The notes beneath the pieces are model-generated. The model was given only the letters and a program-made list of their open reading frames with translations. It had not been told where the DNA came from and did no database searches. 64,000 nt of DNA from an uncultured virus (IMG/VR IMGVR_UViG_3300017917_002479) (Duplodnaviria; Heunggongvirae; Uroviricota; Caudoviricetes), in the IMG/VR virus record IMGVR_UViG_3300017917_002479, one strand, 5' to 3'. A program made the position numbers and the translations under genes. This document shows, in pieces, positions 46,632 to 55,061 of the stretch. Numbering within the stretch: position 1 is the stretch's first letter; every line of letters begins with the position of its first letter.

Positions 46632-47030
46632 ATGGAAACCACCACCCCCAAGAAGAAGCGCACCAATGGCCGCGCAATGAAGGCCAAGGGCGACCGCGTG
46701 GAACGCGAGGTGGCCGCCCACATGGCCAGCGTCTTGGGCCTCGACATCCGGCGCGCGCCGCTCTCCGGCGGCGGCGTCATCCATGGCCTGTCCGGGGGCG
46801 CTGACCTGTCCGGCACGCCGGGCCTCCACGTCGAGGTCAAGGCGGTCGAAGCGCTGTCCTTCCCCGCCGCCCTCGCGCAAGCCGAGGCGTCCCTCCTCAA
46901 GTCCCGCGCCCCCGAGGTGCCCATCGTCATCAACCGGCGCAACCGCCAGTCCACCGGCGACTCCTACGTCCTCCTCCGCCTCGACGCCTTCCTCGACTTC
47001 TACGCGTCGTGGCTGGCCCAACGCCCCTAA
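46632..47030 (+). CDS. Holliday junction resolvase (Hjc-like PD-(D/E)XK)
   Basis: KGDRVEREVA...RRAPLSG...ADL...VEVK. Confidence 0.8.
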   Translation: METTTPKKKRTNGRAMKAKGDRVEREVAAHMASVLGLDIRRAPLSGGGVIHGLSGGADLSGTPGLHVEVKAVEALSFPAALAQAEASLLKSRAPEVPIVINRRNRQSTGDSYVLLRLDAFLDFYASWLAQRP

Positions 47031-47040
47031 GGAACCCGCC

Positions 47041-47295
47041 ATGACCTCCATCACCTCCATCACCTCCATCCCCTCGATCCTCGACGACTACGAGCCGCTC
47101 ACCCCCTCGCCCGTCGACAAGTCCATCGAAACCCTCAACCGCCTCATCGAGATGGCCGAGCGCGCCGCCCCCAAGACGACCCTCATCACTGGCCCCGGCG
47201 GTCTCGGCCGCATCCCCTACAGCCACAGCACGCTCACTGTGCCTCCAGCAATGGGCATTGCCCCCTCTCCATTCGGGACGACCACCCTCTCGTAA
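47041..47295 (+). CDS. Hypothetical protein
   Basis: AAGGA RBS; starts with ACCTCCATC x3. Confidence 0.5.
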   Translation: MTSITSITSIPSILDDYEPLTPSPVDKSIETLNRLIEMAERAAPKTTLITGPGGLGRIPYSHSTLTVPPAMGIAPSPFGTTTLS

Positions 47296-47337
47296 CCCCT
47301 TAACGTCCTCGACAACCACCATTGTCGAGGACGTTTC

Positions 47338-47616
47338 ATGGCTGACCCCTACTCGAACGGCGCAGACATGTCGGCACCCGCCCAGCGCGGGGCAGCCGTC
47401 AACCTCGCGGCCGACACCACTTTCACCTCCGAAGCTGAACCCCGTGGCATTTGGGTCGGCGGCGCTGGCAACATTGTCATGTCGCTCGTCCACGCCCCGG
47501 CCACCTTCCTCACCTTCACCGGCGTCCAAGCTGGCACGATGTTGGCTGTCCGCCCCGCCGTAATCCGCTCGACTGCCAACGGCACGTCGGCCACTGGTAT
47601 CTTGGCCCTCTGGTGA
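47338..47616 (+). CDS. Head spike base protein (RcGTA Rcc01079-like)
   Basis: PA....AV...D....RGIWVGGAGNI.....TF.GV.AG.ML.VR...I..T...SATGILALW; size and pattern match the family. Confidence 0.75.
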   Translation: MADPYSNGADMSAPAQRGAAVNLAADTTFTSEAEPRGIWVGGAGNIVMSLVHAPATFLTFTGVQAGTMLAVRPAVIRSTANGTSATGILALW

Positions 47617-47894
47617 TGCAAGACGCCCTCTTCATCACCTTCGTGATCCTGTTCGGCGCGGCCATGTCCGCGTTCGTCTACTGGCGCGCCTTCGCCTCGG
47701 CTCCCCCAGCCTCCACCGCCATCGAGTTCCCCACGCCCACCATCAAGATGCAGCGCGAAGCCGCCTCCCACGTGCGCCGCCTCGATCTCGCCATCGCCCA
47801 AGCCACGGACCCCGCCCAGATCGCAGGCCTCACCGCTTGGCGCGATTTCTACGCCAACCTCCCTGACCCCGAAGACGCCGAAGAAGGAGCCTGA
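47616..47894 (+). CDS. Small membrane-anchored protein
   Basis: N-terminal TM helix. Confidence 0.55.
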   Translation: MQDALFITFVILFGAAMSAFVYWRAFASAPPASTAIEFPTPTIKMQREAASHVRRLDLAIAQATDPAQIAGLTAWRDFYANLPDPEDAEEGA

Positions 47895-47897
47895 TCC

Positions 47898-48329
47898 ATG
47901 GGCACGCCCGTCCTCTACAACCAGTTCAAGCTCAAGCAGCACAATGGCAACGCCATTGACCTCGACAACGCGACCATCAAGGTGATGATCGTCACCAACT
48001 CCTACGTCCCCTCCCTCGCCCACGCCTTCAAGTCCGACATCACCTCCGAAGTCTCGGGCACCAACTACACCGCGCGCGGCACCGCCATCTCGGGCGTCAC
48101 CCTCGCCCTCGACGGCAACACCGTCGAATGGGTCCACAACGACATCACGTGGCTCCAGTCCGCCTCCGGCTTCTCCAATGGCCGCACCTTCATCTGGTAT
48201 GAAGACACGGGCGTCGACGCCACCTCCAAGCTCATCATGTATATGCAAGAGGGCGCAGACTTCGGGAACGTCGCTGGCGACCTGACCCTCGACGGCTCGC
48301 CCACCACGGGCGTCCTCAACTTCACCTAA
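47898..48329 (+). CDS. Minor virion / fibre subunit protein
   Basis: IDLDNATIKVM...EVSGTNYTARG...V.W motif seen in phage minor structural proteins. Confidence 0.6.
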   Translation: MGTPVLYNQFKLKQHNGNAIDLDNATIKVMIVTNSYVPSLAHAFKSDITSEVSGTNYTARGTAISGVTLALDGNTVEWVHNDITWLQSASGFSNGRTFIWYEDTGVDATSKLIMYMQEGADFGNVAGDLTLDGSPTTGVLNFT

Positions 48330-48337
48330 AAACCACC

Positions 48338-49330
48338 ATGGCTGGCCCCTTCCACAACGCAATCTGCGGCACCACCGCAAGTTCCCCCGGAACCGGCGCG
48401 TTCACCCCGAACGCCGCCGCCCCCGGCTTCCTTGCTTGGTCCACGGTCCCAACAGGTTGGATCGGCCTCGTGCGTTACCAAGACGGCTCCAACTGGGAAC
48501 TCGCCTTCGGCTACTGGAACGGCACCACCATCAGCCGACCCTCCAACATCCTCGCGTCTTCGTCCGGCTCGCGTCTCTCCCTCTCGGCCTCGGCGACCGC
48601 CTCCCTCGTTGTCTCCGGCTTCAATGTCGCCCCCGCCATCCTTGGCGGGGACCGTGGCTGGATACCCCTCATCAACGGCACCACGCCCACGCCCATCGGG
48701 GTTGCGGCGGGAACCTTTACTGGCACCAACGCTGCGGTCACACCGACAACGACCAACTTCCTGACTGAGCAGCCGCGCTCTCAAATCACCAGCGCGACCA
48801 CAGCCAACGCCCAATCAGCTTTCGCTAACGGCACCAACTCCGTCTTGGTCAACACCACAGCCGGTCGTGGTGGCTGGATGGCCATGGCCCGGTTCGGTGC
48901 GTCCCAACTTCCATCTGGCCCCCGCCTCTTCGTCGGTGTGACCTCGACCAGCCTTGTCGGCAACACGGGCGAACCCAGCGCCCTCACCGCCAACTACGCG
49001 ACCTTCGCCAAGGACTCGACCGACACCAACATCCAGCTCCTCACGAACTCCAACGCTGGCACCGGAACCAAGATCGACACCGGCATTGCAATGGCCGCGA
49101 ACGACTGGTTCCACGCGCAACTCTGGACGCCCCCCGGCTCGACCACGGTCCATGGCCTCCTCATCAAAATGAATGGCGGCTCGATCTACTACGGCTCCAC
49201 CTCCACCGACACGCCCGTCAACGGTGCAGCCATGGCTCCCAATGTGGTCAGCGGCCTGTCCGCCACCACCGGCACCGCCGTGATCTTCCATTTCGGCGGC
49301 TTCACCTTCCGCAACGGCGGCCTCCTCTAA
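48338..49330 (+). CDS. Beta-rich virion protein (fibre/spike)
   Basis: Gly/Thr/Ser-rich 330 aa in the structural cassette. Confidence 0.55.
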   Translation: MAGPFHNAICGTTASSPGTGAFTPNAAAPGFLAWSTVPTGWIGLVRYQDGSNWELAFGYWNGTTISRPSNILASSSGSRLSLSASATASLVVSGFNVAPAILGGDRGWIPLINGTTPTPIGVAAGTFTGTNAAVTPTTTNFLTEQPRSQITSATTANAQSAFANGTNSVLVNTTAGRGGWMAMARFGASQLPSGPRLFVGVTSTSLVGNTGEPSALTANYATFAKDSTDTNIQLLTNSNAGTGTKIDTGIAMAANDWFHAQLWTPPGSTTVHGLLIKMNGGSIYYGSTSTDTPVNGAAMAPNVVSGLSATTGTAVIFHFGGFTFRNGGLL

Positions 49331-50241
49331 TGTGGGGCATAAAAGGGTTTGGCGTCGAGCCATTCGCCTCGACCCCCATCTCCTCTGGAACGCCCACCAC
49401 AATCTCGGTGACGGCGGCGACCCTCGCCGCCTCCCCCCTCGTAATCACGCTTAACGCCAGCCACCTGATCGGCGTCACACCCCAAAGCCTCGTCGCCGCT
49501 CCTCAAGCGACGCTAACCAACGCGCGTCGCTCCGTCCTCGTCACCACCTTGTCCGCCCTCTACACTGGGCAGACGATCACTCGTCTCACCGCCAACCGCG
49601 TCGTCGTCACCCCCCAAACCGCCGCCCTCACTGGCCAGCCAATCAACCTCAACAAGCGCCTCCTCGTGGGCGTCACCGTCCGCACGCTCCCGGCCACCCC
49701 CCAACCCATCCTAACCAACGCGCGTCGCTCCATCACCGTGACGCCCACCTCCCTCACTGCCACCCCCCAAACCGTCTTCACCAACCGGGGCACGTCCGTC
49801 TTCGCCTTTGTGCGCACGGCTACCCTCACGCCCCAGCCCATCACCGTAAACGCGCGCCGCTCGATCACCATCACGACGGCCACCCTCACTGCCACCCCTC
49901 GCCTCATCCTCCGTTCGCTGCGCGTCCCCGTCACCGCGCGCACGGCCAGCTATGCCCCCCAAACCACTGGCCTCAACCGCCAGACCCGCATCGCTGTCAC
50001 CGTCCGCACCCTCGCCTCCACCGCCCTCCCCATCACTCTCAACGCGCGCCGCAACATCGTGGCCACCACCCGCACGGCCACCTACACTGGCCAGCCCATA
50101 ACCCTTCGTCTCGACCGGCGCGTCTCCGTATCCCCTGCCCTTGGCCTCTACGAGGCTCCCTTCATCCTCGCCCAAGTCAACTTCGACGACGGCCTCTGGC
50201 AGGATCGCGTGGCCAACCTGCGCATGACGCTGTCCCCCTAG
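49330..50241 (+). CDS. Thr-rich repeat virion protein
   Basis: About 23-aa repeats such as SITVTPTSLTATPQTVFTNR; FGVEPFASTPIS start motif. Confidence 0.6.
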   Translation: MWGIKGFGVEPFASTPISSGTPTTISVTAATLAASPLVITLNASHLIGVTPQSLVAAPQATLTNARRSVLVTTLSALYTGQTITRLTANRVVVTPQTAALTGQPINLNKRLLVGVTVRTLPATPQPILTNARRSITVTPTSLTATPQTVFTNRGTSVFAFVRTATLTPQPITVNARRSITITTATLTATPRLILRSLRVPVTARTASYAPQTTGLNRQTRIAVTVRTLASTALPITLNARRNIVATTRTATYTGQPITLRLDRRVSVSPALGLYEAPFILAQVNFDDGLWQDRVANLRMTLSP

Positions 50242-50280
50242 CGGGACGACAGCCCCCACCATGCGGCGCATGGTGGCCCT

Positions 50281-52998
50281 ATGACCGGCGCAATCTCCCC
50301 CTTCAACCTCAAGCTCCGCAACCGTCGTTCTGGCACCACGACGCTCCCCGCCGACTTCTTCGTCACCAACGACGCTGAGCTGGCCTCCGTCTTGGCTCTC
50401 GGTGCGGCCACGCTGTCCGGCAAGACCGTCGCAATGACCGGCACCTTCACAACGCCGAACTTCAACGTCAAACCAGCCTCTACTCTGACCTTCCGCAGCC
50501 TTAATCCTGCGTCCCCGGCTGTCCTGATCCGCACCAAGTTGAACGGCTCGGGGAACATCAAGTTCCAAGACCTGAAGATGGTCACGGATTGCTTCACCGA
50601 TAACGGATCGGGCAACTCGGGCTTTGAGGCGATCTTCTACAACTCGGGAGCTTTCGGCAGCCACACATTTTCAAGCTGCATCATTCGTGGCGGCTACGGC
50701 GGTCCGGGGTCGGTGGGAGCAGTCTACAACAACGACTACAACCCCACCGCCACCTACCCAGAATACGCCTGCATCATCCCGACTTTCACGGCGGGCGCTA
50801 TCACCGCGCTTTCCTGCACTGCGCCAAACAACTATGTTGGCGGCCTGCTGGCTGACGGCACGGGCTATGCGTGGAGCGTCAACACCAACACCTCGACCAA
50901 CGGCGGGGTAACTTGGACCGTGCCTGCGACTGGGACTTTCGATGTTGTTTCGGGCCTGATTACCAACTTGGTCATCACAAACGGCGGTGCCTCCAATGCC
51001 GGGACCAATCCGGGGCTTGGCACACAGGTCAAGACGATCACTTGGGCCGCGCAGCGCCCGTTCATTAACGTGACGGCAGGCGGCGTGGGCGCATCCGGCG
51101 GTATCACTTGGGACGCCGGAACGCAGATTTTCGAGGATTGCACCTTCTCGGACCTGCGCGACGGCATCAAGCACAGCATCGCCGCGCCCGGTAAGTTCAT
51201 CGCCCGTCGCAACACCTTTATCCGCCTCTACCACGACGCTATCGTCCCCGCCTTGGCGGGTTCGGAAGCGGGTGCTGATCGCACGATTACCGACAACTTT
51301 GTGACTCAAGTCATGGCGCTGCCGACCGACCCGTTCGACCCCCACGCCGACGGGGTGCAGACCTACATGGGAACGTCGACGCCGAGCGATTGGCCGAACG
51401 TCACGATCGAGCGCAACGTCATGCTCATCGGCAATACGCGCGGGGTGGCGCAAGGCATCTTCATGGAGAGCCTGACCGGCAAGTATTACACGAACCTGCG
51501 CATCGTCGGGAACATGGTCCTGTCGGCTTACGACATCAACCAGATGGCGCTGCCTGATACCAACGGGGCTTACGTCTATCGCAACACCTTTGTTCGCATG
51601 GTCCCTGACGATCCGCAGAACAGCGGGCGCGATGCGACCCTCCGCTACAATAGTGGCCGGACGGCAATCGGCAACAGCTACATCGCCAAGAACTTCTACG
51701 AAGCGGTGAGCCTGTCGGGTGTCTATGTCGGCAGCGGAAACGTGCAGGTTACTCGCGGCGACAACACCGATTACAACGCGAAGTTTGCTAGCCCCCCGAC
51801 TTATGCAGGCGGGGCTGGTTCGTGGCCCACCACCAAGGCGCAGGCACTGGCGGCGTTTGCTCCTGAGACGGCTTACATCGGAACGGGCGCGGGTGGTTCA
51901 GACGGGTATCTGGACTACACGAACAACACCACCGATCTAACCAAGGAGCCGGTGTTTGTCGCCTTCGTGGACCTGACCGCGCAGACACCCTCGTCAAACG
52001 TTTCTTCGGGCTGGGTGCAAATCCTCGGCGGCCCTGCGACGGGCTCTATCTCGATCACCGGGGGAACTTACCAGTTTGCCGATGACAGCAGTGGGACCAA
52101 TGCCACGGCTGCGACTTCGGCCAGCGCGACTTACACGCGCGGCAAGTTTCTGCGCCTGAATGTGACCAACTCGGCCAGCGGCCTGACCACCACGACCGCC
52201 ACGGTCACGCTTCAGGGCACGGGTTCGGCGGCAAGCCAGAACTATTCGTTCGCCTCGACCACGGTTTCGACCTTTGTTCGCCCGGTGGTCCTGCTCGACA
52301 CGGCCACCCCGGACCTCTTCCGCGCGACCGGCGCTACCACGATGGGCAGCGACAGCTTCCTCGGCACGATTGCCATTTGGGGCCTCAAGGTCAACGGCAA
52401 CCCGGCTGCACAGACGCAAATCTTCAACGTGTCGGCAGGTTCGGCGACGATCCAGATTGCCATCGACGCAAGCGGCCAGCTTCGCGTCAACCTGCGCAAC
52501 GCCGCTGCCTCTACGATTGCCCAGTTGTTCACGCCCAACACCTTCTGCAACAACGTCGCGCACGACCTGCTCATCAGCTTCGACACCAACGACACCTCGG
52601 CAACCTCCGGCCTCCACTTCTACCTCGACGGTGTCCGCATCACCTCTGGCCACTCGTGGATCAGCGCGTCCTCCCAAGTCGCCTACAGCCGCTCCCTCTC
52701 CAGCTACCAAGTTGGCCCCGGCGCTTCTCAAAAGGACTACGAAATCGCCGGTCTCTACATTCACCCCGGCGTCCGCGTGGACTTTACCAACTCTGCCAAC
52801 CGCACAGCCTTCACCCTCGCCCCCTCCTCGATGGGCGTCAACGGCTCGACCCCGACCGGCTCGCAGCCCCGCTACTTCTTCGTGGGCAAGGCAGCTCAGT
52901 GGAACGACGTCGCCGGTATCAACTTCGGCTCCGGCCCCAAGTTCATCAAGGTCGGCTCGGCGGCGGCCGCCGACGTCTCTGGCAACACGTGGGCTTAA
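50281..52998 (+). CDS. Spike/depolymerase: right-handed beta-helix plus C-terminal LamG/ConA-like domain
   Basis: HADGVQ, TIERNV, QGIF, IVGN, VYRNT beta-helix signatures; HDLLISFDT...FYLDG lectin-like region. Confidence 0.7.
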   Translation: MTGAISPFNLKLRNRRSGTTTLPADFFVTNDAELASVLALGAATLSGKTVAMTGTFTTPNFNVKPASTLTFRSLNPASPAVLIRTKLNGSGNIKFQDLKMVTDCFTDNGSGNSGFEAIFYNSGAFGSHTFSSCIIRGGYGGPGSVGAVYNNDYNPTATYPEYACIIPTFTAGAITALSCTAPNNYVGGLLADGTGYAWSVNTNTSTNGGVTWTVPATGTFDVVSGLITNLVITNGGASNAGTNPGLGTQVKTITWAAQRPFINVTAGGVGASGGITWDAGTQIFEDCTFSDLRDGIKHSIAAPGKFIARRNTFIRLYHDAIVPALAGSEAGADRTITDNFVTQVMALPTDPFDPHADGVQTYMGTSTPSDWPNVTIERNVMLIGNTRGVAQGIFMESLTGKYYTNLRIVGNMVLSAYDINQMALPDTNGAYVYRNTFVRMVPDDPQNSGRDATLRYNSGRTAIGNSYIAKNFYEAVSLSGVYVGSGNVQVTRGDNTDYNAKFASPPTYAGGAGSWPTTKAQALAAFAPETAYIGTGAGGSDGYLDYTNNTTDLTKEPVFVAFVDLTAQTPSSNVSSGWVQILGGPATGSISITGGTYQFADDSSGTNATAATSASATYTRGKFLRLNVTNSASGLTTTTATVTLQGTGSAASQNYSFASTTVSTFVRPVVLLDTATPDLFRATGATTMGSDSFLGTIAIWGLKVNGNPAAQTQIFNVSAGSATIQIAIDASGQLRVNLRNAAASTIAQLFTPNTFCNNVAHDLLISFDTNDTSATSGLHFYLDGVRITSGHSWISASSQVAYSRSLSSYQVGPGASQKDYEIAGLYIHPGVRVDFTNSANRTAFTLAPSSMGVNGSTPTGSQPRYFFVGKAAQWNDVAGINFGSGPKFIKVGSAAAADVSGNTWA

Positions 52999-53004
52999 CG
53001 CATC

Positions 53005-53343
53005 ATGCTCCGCACCCTGCGCACCTTCCTCTCCGACATCCTCACGTCGACCACGACGCCGCCCGAAGGGCGCTTGCGCGCCTTCATGTCGCTCTCCCTC
53101 TTCGGCGCTGGAGTGGCGCTCACCCTCTTCTCCGCCGCCATCGTCCTCATCGTCTGGCTCGGCGCATGGTCCCCATCCACCGAAGCCCAGCGCCTCGACA
53201 TCCTCGGCAACGCCCTCATGGCCGTCTTGGGTGGCGTGATCCTCTCCCTCATCGGCCTCGCCGTGGGCGGCCCCATCGGCCGCATCTCTGGCAAGGTCGG
53301 CCTCGCCGAGTTCAACGCCTCGCAAGACAAGGACGACGCCTAA
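53005..53343 (+). CDS. Holin candidate
   Basis: Two TM segments; immediately upstream of the spanins. Confidence 0.6.
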   Translation: MLRTLRTFLSDILTSTTTPPEGRLRAFMSLSLFGAGVALTLFSAAIVLIVWLGAWSPSTEAQRLDILGNALMAVLGGVILSLIGLAVGGPIGRISGKVGLAEFNASQDKDDA

Positions 53344-53864
53344 TGCCCCCCTTCCTCGCCTCACCCGTCTGGCGCATCGCTTCCAGCGTCAGCGCCCTCA
53401 TCCTCCCCTTCGCCCTGCTGGCCCTCTTCATCGCCAACAAGCAGGCCTCCCACTTCAAGACGGCCTACGAAACCCAAGTCCAGCTCAACGCCGACCTCGT
53501 CGCCGACATCGAACTGGCCTCGGCCAAAGCCACCCTCGAAGCCACCGCCGCAGCCGAACGCAAGGCCTCTGCCTACGCCCGCATCCAACAGGAGAAGACC
53601 GATGCCCTCCAAGCCAACCTCGCTTCTGCTCGCAGCGTTCTTGCTGCTTACCGCCTGCGGGCCGAAGCCCGCTCCCCGCAAGATCAGCGTGGCTCCGGCC
53701 AAGACGGTGTGCCCCGCCCTGCCGACGCCTCCGGCGACCCTGCTCCTTCCGCTCCCGCAGATTTCGTTCTTGTCCCCGCTTCCGACCTCGACGCCTGCGC
53801 AGTCGCCTCCGTGACGGCCCAAGGCTGGCAAGACTGGTGGACCGCCGTGTCCAAAGCGCCCTGA
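53343..53864 (+). CDS. Inner-membrane spanin (Rz-like)
   Basis: N-terminal TM plus Ala-rich coiled coil, C-terminal Cys; embedded lipoprotein ORF. Confidence 0.75.
   Translation: MPPFLASPVWRIASSVSALILPFALLALFIANKQASHFKTAYETQVQLNADLVADIELASAKATLEATAAAERKASAYARIQQEKTDALQANLASARSVLAAYRLRAEARSPQDQRGSGQDGVPRPADASGDPAPSAPADFVLVPASDLDACAVASVTAQGWQDWWTAVSKAP
53602..53814 (+). CDS. Outer-membrane spanin lipoprotein (Rz1-like), embedded in +1 frame
   Basis: AGGAG RBS; signal peptide with LTAC lipobox; Pro-rich mature part. Confidence 0.8.
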   Translation: MPSKPTSLLLAAFLLLTACGPKPAPRKISVAPAKTVCPALPTPPATLLLPLPQISFLSPLPTSTPAQSPP

Positions 53865-53882
53865 CTCTGGCGCAGAAACGAA

Positions 53883-53916
53883 GAAAGGCGCGAGTCCTAA
53901 CGGACCCGCGCCTTTC
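53883..53916. terminator. Terminator between converging late and early operons
   Basis: GAAAGGCGCG...CGCGCCTTTC; the better U-tract is on the minus strand. Confidence 0.75.
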
Positions 53917-53964
53917 ACTCCCACCACAGGAGCGCCCCACAACTAGGAGCACCCCCTCCAACCG

Positions 53965-54474
53965 TCAACCTCGCGTCACAAGCGCCTGCTTGATCCGCTC
54001 CAAGACACCCAGCATGAACGTGCCACACCTCGGACCCGCCATCGTATAGCGATAGTCCCGCAGCACCTCACCACTGGCCTCGTCTTCCCTCTCGTCGAAC
54101 TCGATAATCATGATCGACTCGACGCGCTTCTCCCCACTCTGAATGGCCCTGAGCAAATCAATCAGCGCGTCCTCTGGCCGCCAGTGATCGCTCCTGTTCG
54201 TCCTGCCCACCCGCAACTCGCCAATCGTCTTGGGCGCATCCGCAAAGTCCTCAACCACATAGGGCGGCGCGTCATTCACAACGTCGCCCATGCGCAGCGG
54301 CACGACCTTGCCTTCATCCTCGTCTTGCACAGTCCTTCTCCTTCTCAAATTAGTGAGGCCTCGCATCCCCCTGAATGAAAGGATGCGAGGCCTCTGCCCG
54401 CCCATCGTTTTGGGCCGGTGGCGGGCGGACAAATCAGGCGGCTTCTGCCTCGGCCGCCACAGGTTCAGCAGCAC
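53965..54474 (-). CDS. Hypothetical protein (true start probably near 54330)
   Basis: Coding-like C-terminal part; AGAAGGA RBS before GTG CAA GAC. Confidence 0.5.
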   Translation of the reverse strand: MLLNLWRPRQKPPDLSARHRPKTMGGQRPRILSFRGMRGLTNLRRRRTVQDEDEGKVVPLRMGDVVNDAPPYVVEDFADAPKTIGELRVGRTNRSDHWRPEDALIDLLRAIQSGEKRVESIMIIEFDEREDEASGEVLRDYRYTMAGPRCGTFMLGVLERIKQALVTRG

Positions 54475-54802
54475 GAGCCAGCTTGCCCAGCATATCGCCG
54501 ATCACGCCAGCATCATCGAGCCGCCCCTTCAATTCGTTGATGATGCGCGCACCAAACTGCCAGTCGCGCTGATCCTCAACCACCTTCGACCACTCAAAGC
54601 CGAAGCCCACGATGTTCCCCTTCTCATCGACCGCAGCCAGCACATGCAGCAGCGGCACGGGCGAGACACCCACAGGCACCGGGCCAGTCGCATCAGCGGC
54701 ATCCGCCGCAATGTCCGCATCTTCAACGATGCTCGTCACTTCTTCCATCACCAGTCTCCTATTCAGCCCAGCCCGTCGTATCGGACCAGTCGCTAACCTC
54801 AC
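54434..54802 (-). CDS. Acidic hypothetical protein
   Basis: AGGAG RBS near 54756; start likely MEEVTS. Confidence 0.55.
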   Translation of the reverse strand: MRLATGPIRRAGLNRRLVMEEVTSIVEDADIAADAADATGPVPVGVSPVPLLHVLAAVDEKGNIVGFGFEWSKVVEDQRDWQFGARIINELKGRLDDAGVIGDMLGKLARAAEPVAAEAEAA

Positions 54803-55046
54803 GCATCCGGCCCAAGTCCTGCACCTGCGATGTCATGCTATCGGCAAGATCATCCATCGCATCACGCAAAAAACTGCCGGGCGAATACCCATCTGCCATG
54901 GCCCGCAACCGCTCGACCATGGCCTCAAGTTCCTCCTGCTCGTCTTCGTAGACCCGCATGTTAACCTTCCTTGAAGGGGTGTCGCTTACGACACCCAAGT
55001 CACACCTTAACCTGTCACGCATTCGTGACAAGCCCTCCCCATCCAA
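54759..55046 (-). CDS. Small protein, possibly ribbon-helix-helix
   Basis: RKVNMRVY..EQEELEAM...PGSFLRDAM; start uncertain. Confidence 0.4.
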   Translation of the reverse strand: MDGEGLSRMRDRLRCDLGVVSDTPSRKVNMRVYEDEQEELEAMVERLRAMADGYSPGSFLRDAMDDLADSMTSQVQDLGRMREVSDWSDTTGWAE

Positions 55047-55061
55047 TTTTTTTGGTGCCCT

